This document shows positions 57,801 through 64,000 of a stretch of DNA of 64,000 nucleotides, piece by piece. Every line of letters begins with the position of its first letter. Positions within the stretch are counted from its first letter, which is position 1. Under the pieces are notes generated by a model. That model worked only from the letters and a program-made list of their open reading frames with translations, was not told the origin of the DNA and searched no databases. The translations under genes were made by a program, and so were the position numbers. The stretch covers positions 416,001-480,000 of the forward strand of contig CAWDNU010000004.1 of NCBI GenBank assembly GCA_963803705.1. The letters run 5' to 3'. The DNA is from an uncultured Pseudobdellovibrionaceae bacterium (GTDB taxonomy: Bacteria > Bdellovibrionota > Bdellovibrionia > Bdellovibrionales > UBA1609).

Positions 57801-58703
57801 GTGAAATATGATAATCGCTCTAAAGGCTTGATCTTAGCTGGCGTCACAGCTTTTTGTTGGGCTTCGCTAGCCATCTTTTTAAAAAAAGCCCTAACCTTTA
57901 CCTCGACTGAAAATATAGTGGCGTTTAGAATGTTAATCTCATTTTGTATTCTTTTTACCTACTTTTTGGTTGCAAATAGGGGTGAACTTAAAAAAGTTTG
58001 TAAGAATCCGCCGCTTTTAGCTGGTTTAGCCGGTCTGATGTTATCTTTTAACTATTTCGGATACATGAAAGGGGTTGAGTACACCGGCGCTGGCAACGCA
58101 CAAATTATGATACAGCTGGGTCCTACACTACTTATTGTTTTTGGTTTAACTATCTTTAAGGAATCCTTTAGCCGTAGGCAAATTTTTGGAATCTGCTTAG
58201 CGCTTTTGGGTTTTGTACTTTTTTACTACGACCAAAAAAGTTTTGACATAAATAGTACATTGAACACTGGAAACTTATGGATTCTTGCCGCAGCAATAAC
58301 GTGGGCCATCTATGCTGTATTACAAAAAAAACTTACGGCTCATTGGAATCCTCAAACCCTGAATTTAATCATTTATTTTGTTTGTAGTTTAGTTTTGCTT
58401 CCCATGTCAGACCTTGGGCAAAGTCTAGATTTCAAAATTCTAGAATGGGCCCTGATATTCTTTTTAGGACTAAACTCTTTAGTGGCGTACGGGTGTCTTG
58501 CTGAAGCGCTAAAGTATGCCCCGGCAAGTGAAGTTAGTCTGGTCATTACAATAAATCCATTGGGGACTTTATTAATTTTATGGTTAGGTCAGTATCTTGG
58601 ACTTTCTTGGATTCCGCTAGAGTACATCACTTGGATTGGTGGCCTAGGAGCAATGTGCGTTGTGCTTGGCGTAGGTTGGACTTTAAGTCAAAAAAAGTCA
58701 TAA
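57801..58703 (+). CDS. DMT/EamA-family transporter
   Basis: Ten TMs in two repeats. Confidence 0.9.
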   Translation: MKYDNRSKGLILAGVTAFCWASLAIFLKKALTFTSTENIVAFRMLISFCILFTYFLVANRGELKKVCKNPPLLAGLAGLMLSFNYFGYMKGVEYTGAGNAQIMIQLGPTLLIVFGLTIFKESFSRRQIFGICLALLGFVLFYYDQKSFDINSTLNTGNLWILAAAITWAIYAVLQKKLTAHWNPQTLNLIIYFVCSLVLLPMSDLGQSLDFKILEWALIFFLGLNSLVAYGCLAEALKYAPASEVSLVITINPLGTLLILWLGQYLGLSWIPLEYITWIGGLGAMCVVLGVGWTLSQKKS

Positions 58704-58711
58704 TATAAATC

Positions 58712-60682
58712 ATGAAATCTACAGCCTTTCTTTTACTTTTGTCACTGAACTTATCTTTTCAAATTTCTGCTCTTGCTGGAAACAGTAAAAAGTTGCTAGA
58801 AGCTGTATCTGAAAATAACTTTAACGAGCTATTAAACCACAAAAAAGATCACAGCTGGATCGAGCATTACATTATTAAATTGCTAAAAACTGATTTGGAA
58901 TTCGCAAATTCTATGACAGATTCTAATGATAAACTTAAGTTACTTAAGCAAGTTTTAGAAAAAACCTCTTTCGCTCCTACAAAGATACAAGTTTTGCAAA
59001 GCATTGCTGATTTACAGAAAAAATTAAAATTAGATGATCAGGTTACTCAGAAGGAACTTCTACAAATAACTTCGCCTATTGAAAATGTAAAAGACTGTAA
59101 GGGATTTTATAAAAAAGGAAGCGTTTTCAGAGACCTTAGAAAGTTTGACACAAGTCTTGATAATTATAATAAGGCTTTTAAGTGTTACACCAAACCTAAG
59201 TCCAAAATTAGATCATTAGAGAAAATAACTTTGACTCAAAAAATTAAGCACCGAGGCAAAGATTTTTTGGCTGCTTCCCTAAACACTTATAATTTTACCA
59301 AAGATGCTTTCAAAGAAGGAAAGATACCAGCTAAGCTTTATAACAAAGTTGGCATCGAACACGTGCGCGCAGTATGGACATATCAGTCAGCAAAAGACGC
59401 TATGACTTACTTAGGTGAAATGAAGCAAATTTTAAGTTCTAAGCACTCACTGCAAACCGTCTACTGGATTTACGCACGCTTGGCCGAAGAAAAAAACAAA
59501 CTAAAAAAGTCCCAGAAATACTTAGCACTAGCTTTAAAAGAAAAACCTATTTCAGATGGTGACTTGATTGATATTTATTGGCAGAAGTTTTGGAATCATT
59601 TAGAGCTTAAGCAAATGCAAGAGGCTGAAAACGCCTTAAATCAGTCTTTATCAGTTGGAGATCCTTTTATAAATCAATCCAGAACTTACTACTGGTTAAT
59701 AAATACCCTTAAAACAAAAAAAATAAAACTTCAGGGAAATTTAAATGAATTAAATTCTAAAAAGAATTCACAGGATAAAATTAAGAAGTCTAAATTGGCT
59801 ATAGAAAAACTTGACCAGCAGATTGATGATCATACAGAAACGCTTACATCTAAATACCCTATTTCATTTTACACAGCGCTAATACGTAAACACAGTGGTT
59901 ATAAATATGAACCTTCAGATCTAGACGACTTTTCTTCTAAGACTTATAAAAAACTTCCTAAAAGTTTTGACTTAGAGTTTTATAAAAAACTTCAAGAGAC
60001 TTCAACTCTTGCGACACAAAGTTTTTTAAGAAAATATTACTACAAATTTAGGCGTAAAATTTCAAAGAGCCAACGATTTTTAATCAAAAGGCTGTTGGCA
60101 AGAAATGGTGAAACCACCGAGCTTTTTATAGAACTTGAAGCCAATCCAGAGATCTGTTTTCGTGAAGGTGCCCCTTGCATGGATCTATTTCCGACACCTT
60201 ATCAAGAAAGGGTTACTCTTGCTTCTAAAAGATACCAAGTACCGAAAGAACTTATATATTCGATCATTCGTCAGGAATCTATCTTTAATCCACTTGCTAA
60301 AAGTTGGGCTGATGCCAGAGGGCTGATGCAGCTTCTACCTTCAATAGCCAAAAGCATTTCGAAAGATGCAAAGGTCGAATATAGTGGTCCACTGGATTTA
60401 TATAGCGTGGAGAAGAATATTTACTACGGAACTTACTTAATTAAAAGTCTAATTCAAGAGATGGACAATTCCTTGGTCATGGGACTTTGTGGATATAATG
60501 CAGAAAAAAGACGCGCGAAAACCTGGTATAAAACTAGGTTTAAGGGTGACTGGCTTAAATTCATCGAAGAGATCCCTTATAATGAAACCAGAAATTATAA
60601 CAAATTAGTTTTAAGAAATTTTCTTATTTACAGCAACAACGATGATTTAATTCTTAAGTCTTGGTTTCCAAAGGGAGTTTAG
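58712..60682 (+). CDS. Soluble lytic transglycosylase (Slt70-like, TPR-like N-terminus)
   Basis: SIIRQES.FNPLAKSWADARGLMQL, GYNA, IEEIPYNETRNY; signal peptide. Confidence 0.9.
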   Translation: MKSTAFLLLLSLNLSFQISALAGNSKKLLEAVSENNFNELLNHKKDHSWIEHYIIKLLKTDLEFANSMTDSNDKLKLLKQVLEKTSFAPTKIQVLQSIADLQKKLKLDDQVTQKELLQITSPIENVKDCKGFYKKGSVFRDLRKFDTSLDNYNKAFKCYTKPKSKIRSLEKITLTQKIKHRGKDFLAASLNTYNFTKDAFKEGKIPAKLYNKVGIEHVRAVWTYQSAKDAMTYLGEMKQILSSKHSLQTVYWIYARLAEEKNKLKKSQKYLALALKEKPISDGDLIDIYWQKFWNHLELKQMQEAENALNQSLSVGDPFINQSRTYYWLINTLKTKKIKLQGNLNELNSKKNSQDKIKKSKLAIEKLDQQIDDHTETLTSKYPISFYTALIRKHSGYKYEPSDLDDFSSKTYKKLPKSFDLEFYKKLQETSTLATQSFLRKYYYKFRRKISKSQRFLIKRLLARNGETTELFIELEANPEICFREGAPCMDLFPTPYQERVTLASKRYQVPKELIYSIIRQESIFNPLAKSWADARGLMQLLPSIAKSISKDAKVEYSGPLDLYSVEKNIYYGTYLIKSLIQEMDNSLVMGLCGYNAEKRRAKTWYKTRFKGDWLKFIEEIPYNETRNYNKLVLRNFLIYSNNDDLILKSWFPKGV

Positions 60683-60690
60683 AATTAATC

Positions 60691-60718
60691 TTAAGTTAGA
60701 CTCATTTCAAGACGATAT
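60691..60718 (+). promoter_or_regulatory. Sigma28-like promoter
   Basis: TTAAG-N15-GACGATAT just upstream of ATG 60725. Confidence 0.4.
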
Positions 60719-60724
60719 AGAGCT

Positions 60725-61168
60725 ATGGCGGTTTTAAGAAAAATATCTATCTTATTATTAGTTTTTTGTTCGCTAAAGTCCTATTCGGTGGAATTAAAAT
60801 CAAGATCAGTAAAAGATAACCCTAGAATTCAAAATCTTGAAAAAATAAGATGCAGTTTTGTAGCTATTTCTGACAGTAAAAAGATACGACTAAATTCTGA
60901 AGTTTTCAAAATTACGGATCTAAATAAAGATCTTAACGGCCAAACCAAGGGTATTTACGTCAATATTTTTGATTTCTTAGGATTTAGCTTTTATCTAGAT
61001 GCACAAAAAAGATTGAATATTAGAAGTGAGCAGGAAGAGAGCTCAGAAAAGCAACTCAAGACTTTCACCAGACTTCCAGCAAACTTCAACACAAAAGTTA
61101 GTTTTTCGTCGCAGTACAATTCTAAACCAGTTTATATCAGTGAGGTGAAAATTGAGTGCAAGCCTTAA
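60725..61168 (+). CDS. Hypothetical secreted protein
   Basis: Signal peptide; two Cys in the mature part. Confidence 0.6.
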   Translation: MAVLRKISILLLVFCSLKSYSVELKSRSVKDNPRIQNLEKIRCSFVAISDSKKIRLNSEVFKITDLNKDLNGQTKGIYVNIFDFLGFSFYLDAQKRLNIRSEQEESSEKQLKTFTRLPANFNTKVSFSSQYNSKPVYISEVKIECKP

Positions 61169-61934
61169 ATCAACTTTTAACCTTGGCCTTTTTTCTACGA
61201 TTTTACTATTTATAAGCGCCCCCTCAATGGCAGGCATAGAGACAGGCACCAGTCGCCAATCCCATTCGAACACAAGAATCAGTCCAATGCACAGTCCGCA
61301 AGTTCAGTCTTCTTTTATTAATACCTGTCTAAAATATGGCGTGCGTGAAAAATTTTGTCGTGAATTGACTTCTCCAATTGACCGACAAAAGGAAAAGAAT
61401 AAGTTCTACAGGACTTATCCAGGCCAACCACATATTTTGATGCCTCATCAGAGTAGTTGGAACAAAGGCATTTATTTGCTACAGATTGCAGAAAGCTTAT
61501 CTGAATACGGAGAAATATGCGCCATAAGAAATTGGTACAGACCTGAACCTTACAACAGCCGTGTTGAAGGCTCATCCAATAGTGAACATTTGTCTGCTGG
61601 CGCTATTGATATAGAATTCTGTTCCCCTGCTGAAAAAAAGAAAGCTTTACGGGCAGCATTAGCAATGAGGCAAAAATATAAAAAACCAGCAAGTGTCGGG
61701 GTTTATGGTGAGGGCAATACAGTTATTCATATTGGATTTTCAAATAGAATCTATGGACCAAACATCGCCTATCATGACCGTGCAGCTGCAACCCAAGCTG
61801 CATGGAATTCAGTTTCAGAACCAGGCAAAAATCTAAAAAATAGAAACCAGATGTCTCAAAATAGACCGAGGGTGCAAAGAGCCAGTGGTTCAAATTTTTG
61901 GCGAAATATTGTTAATTTTTTTAGAGGCACATAA
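61152..61934 (+). CDS. Peptidase M15A (D-Ala-D-Ala carboxypeptidase-like) secreted protein
   Basis: WYRPEPYN..V.G..NSEH..AGAIDI...VGVY...IHIG (H-x6-D...H Zn site). Confidence 0.75.
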   Translation: MSASLKSTFNLGLFSTILLFISAPSMAGIETGTSRQSHSNTRISPMHSPQVQSSFINTCLKYGVREKFCRELTSPIDRQKEKNKFYRTYPGQPHILMPHQSSWNKGIYLLQIAESLSEYGEICAIRNWYRPEPYNSRVEGSSNSEHLSAGAIDIEFCSPAEKKKALRAALAMRQKYKKPASVGVYGEGNTVIHIGFSNRIYGPNIAYHDRAAATQAAWNSVSEPGKNLKNRNQMSQNRPRVQRASGSNFWRNIVNFFRGT

Positions 61935-61983
61935 GGCTTCAGTTTAGAATTGGCTTTAGCCTTAGACTTTGAAAAAAGAAAAT

Positions 61984-62754
61984 CTAAAATTCCAACTGCG
62001 CTATAATCTCTAGAACTTTGTAGATTGAATTCTTAACTTTTTTTATGAATTGCGGATCTGTCTTATTAGGAATATGAATAAATCCAGCAAGAAAATTTTC
62101 TTCATAAGCTTTTTGTAGCACTTGATAAAATAAGCAGTTACAAACATAAGTTCCGGCTGTGTTGGATACTTTAATATCCAAACTATCAGCTGTGCTTTTC
62201 ACGTCCAAAAATTTACTTTCGCTTAATAAATTATTATCGCCGAATTGATTTAAGATCTTATCGACTTGTAGATTAGAAAAATAAGCATCAGGTCCAGTCT
62301 TATCAATTTTAGTTGAAGTTGGCTTATGACCAGAGTTATCAGGGTGATTGCAGGACATATAATTAATCGCCAAGCGCTCAAGATCTATACTATTCCTTTC
62401 ACATGCAACACCAAGGCAAATGACCAAGTCGGGAAAAAAGTCTTTAGTGGCGGCCTCGAATGCCTTAAAACAGGCCCTGAAATCTACGGGTAAAACAACC
62501 GTTTTAAATTCTGAAACTTGGCTTAAAAACTTTAAAGACTTGTCATCTAATTTCTTTTCATTTCGATCTGTTTTAGTTTCTAAACCTTTAGTCTTGTAGG
62601 CTTCGCCTCGAACTTGCTGATCTTTAACTTTAAATTTTATATTCGGTATTTCAAAATCTTGATTTATAGACTCTGTAACCAACTGAGTTGGATTGGTTCC
62701 AATATTTAAAAACGGTTCAAACGCTGTTACCAAAATATTTACATCAGATCGCAT
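61984..62754 (-). CDS. pcp: Pyroglutamyl-peptidase I (C15) with insertions
   Basis: LVTAFEPF...NPT, LERLAIN, GPDAYFS, SNTAGTYVCN, GFIHIP. Confidence 0.9.
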   Translation of the reverse strand: MRSDVNILVTAFEPFLNIGTNPTQLVTESINQDFEIPNIKFKVKDQQVRGEAYKTKGLETKTDRNEKKLDDKSLKFLSQVSEFKTVVLPVDFRACFKAFEAATKDFFPDLVICLGVACERNSIDLERLAINYMSCNHPDNSGHKPTSTKIDKTGPDAYFSNLQVDKILNQFGDNNLLSESKFLDVKSTADSLDIKVSNTAGTYVCNCLFYQVLQKAYEENFLAGFIHIPNKTDPQFIKKVKNSIYKVLEIIAQLEF

Positions 62755-62806
62755 GTCATATTTAAGCTAACTGTCTCAAATCAGGATTTCAATACTTTTT
62801 CAGGTG

Positions 62807-62869
62807 TTCAGGTGCCAGGTTCCAAATGCTTGCCGCTCCACGGCAAGCATTTGGAACCTGGCACCTGAA
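62807..62869. repeat. Perfect 29-bp inverted repeat (REP-like palindrome)
   Basis: ttcaggtgccaggttccaaatgcttgccg-ctcca-cggcaagcatttggaacctggcacctgaa. Confidence 0.95.
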
Positions 62870-62969
62870 TGCTCTGTTGATATTCTTTACACACACAAGT
62901 TTTGTGGTCATATACATAGCTAGAACCATTAAAAAGGTCAATTATTTCAACAGGTTAAAATAGATAACT

Positions 62970-62985
62970 TGGCACTCCTATTGCT
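62970..62985 (+). promoter_or_regulatory. Sigma54 (-24/-12) promoter
   Basis: TGGCAC-TCCTA-TTGCT, exact GG-N10-GC spacing, upstream of the RBS and ATG 63011. Confidence 0.7.
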
Positions 62986-63010
62986 ATTTATAGTCCAACA
63001 GGGGAAGTCC

Positions 63011-64000
63011 ATGAAGACACAAAATCTAGCAATAATAATGGTATCTACATTTCTGATGATGGATCATTTTTATTCCAAAAGAGTTCAAAAAATTGACTCT
63101 AGAGAAACTAGCATGGCTCTTATTCAATCCCCTACCCGTGCGACTATAGTTTCAAAAGCGGTAGTTTCTGAAATCAAAAATAAAGACGTAAGTGTTCTGT
63201 TAAATGACCCCGCAATGAATCAAAAGTGGGGCCTAGTTCAAAACCAAATCAGTAAAGCGTGGAAAATATCTCAAGGTAGCAAAAAAATTAAAGTGGCAGT
63301 TATAGACACTGGAATTGATACCAATCATGAAGATTTGAAAAGCAATCTATGGGTTAATAAAGGCGAGACAGGGTTTGATAACTTAGGTCGCGATAAATCT
63401 AGCAATGGTATTGATGACGACGGCAACGGTTTTAAAGATGATGTTTATGGCTGGAATTTTGTGGCTAATGATAACGACCTAAAAGACAATCATGGTCACG
63501 GCACACATATCGCTGGAATTATAGGTGCTGTAGGTGGTAACGGCAAAGGTATTAGTGGCGTTTCCCCACAAGTTAGTCTTATGGTTTTAAAATATTATGA
63601 CCCTAAAGGTTATGGTGAAGATAATTTAAAAAATACTATTAAAGCTATTCACTACGCTATCGATAACGGGGCACACATAATTAATTATTCGGGCGGCGGT
63701 TTAGAGTATAGTTCTGAAGAAAAGGCTGCTATCGAAAAAGCTAGAAAAAGAGGAATCTTGTTTATAGCGGCTGCAGGAAATGAAAGATCTAATTCAGACA
63801 TAAAAAAATATTATCCAGCAGACTACAAATTAGATAATATAATATCGGTAACAGCTATCGATGATAAAACAAGAGTTTTACCATCAAGCAATTATGGTGT
63901 CCTTACAGTCGACATCGGCGCCCCGGGCAACAACATTTATTCAACATTACCGAATAACAAGTACGGTTTTATGACTGGAACGTCCCAAGCTACAGCCTAT
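63011..64000 (+). CDS. S8 subtilisin-like serine peptidase (runs off window end)
   Basis: Translated from ATG 63011: VAVIDTG, DDDGNGFKDDVYGWNF, HGHGTHIAG, AAAGNE, GTSQAT. Confidence 0.95.
   Translation, partial: MKTQNLAIIMVSTFLMMDHFYSKRVQKIDSRETSMALIQSPTRATIVSKAVVSEIKNKDVSVLLNDPAMNQKWGLVQNQISKAWKISQGSKKIKVAVIDTGIDTNHEDLKSNLWVNKGETGFDNLGRDKSSNGIDDDGNGFKDDVYGWNFVANDNDLKDNHGHGTHIAGIIGAVGGNGKGISGVSPQVSLMVLKYYDPKGYGEDNLKNTIKAIHYAIDNGAHIINYSGGGLEYSSEEKAAIEKARKRGILFIAAAGNERSNSDIKKYYPADYKLDNIISVTAIDDKTRVLPSSNYGVLTVDIGAPGNNIYSTLPNNKYGFMTGTSQATAY

Noticed and set aside
62969..62977. CIRCE half-site (TTGGCACTC)
   Set aside because: No second inverted half; better explained as a sigma54 -24 element.

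Overview
AT-rich bacterial chromosomal window, most likely from a Bdellovibrionota-type (predatory) organism. This is an inference from gene content: a deltaproteobacterial-type pilin plus PilG-like gene, a GYF_2 protein, giant lipoprotein adhesins, and a subtilase with GTSQA. Layout: (1) a degenerate IS3-family remnant and a broken secreted kinase-like gene (1-1.8 kb). (2) A ~29 kb co-oriented minus-strand cluster (2.9-31.7 kb) that begins with motA/motB and ends with a signal-peptide/TM-anchored FliG-like protein (apparent FliF-C/FliG hybrid) and an outer-membrane barrel. In between are a GYF_2 membrane protein, a 1199-aa coiled coil, a LysM lipoprotein, a second barrel, three giant repeat lipoproteins (Ig/FN3/FG-GAP/propeller) and a PEGA-TPR lipoprotein. 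There are no flagellar rod, hook, filament or export genes. This is the best candidate for an undescribed system: a non-flagellar stator-rotor machine linked to surface adhesins, with several sigma28-like promoters. (3) Fur, mscS and a protease/7TM-transglutaminase/ATP-grasp triad. (4) A carotenoid cluster (crtE, ABC transporter, CrtG-like hydroxylase with a 36-bp VNTR, crtI, crtB, lycopene cyclase, crtZ). (5) A housekeeping block (dnaK, dnaJ, pilG-like, pilA, clpS, clpA, htpX, DMT, Slt, M15 peptidase, pcp, S8 protease) with a local cluster of frameshifts (probably sequencing indels), a 38-bp tandem repeat and three long palindromes. No rRNA, tRNA or CRISPR array was recognised. All family calls are from motif recognition by eye, not database searches.
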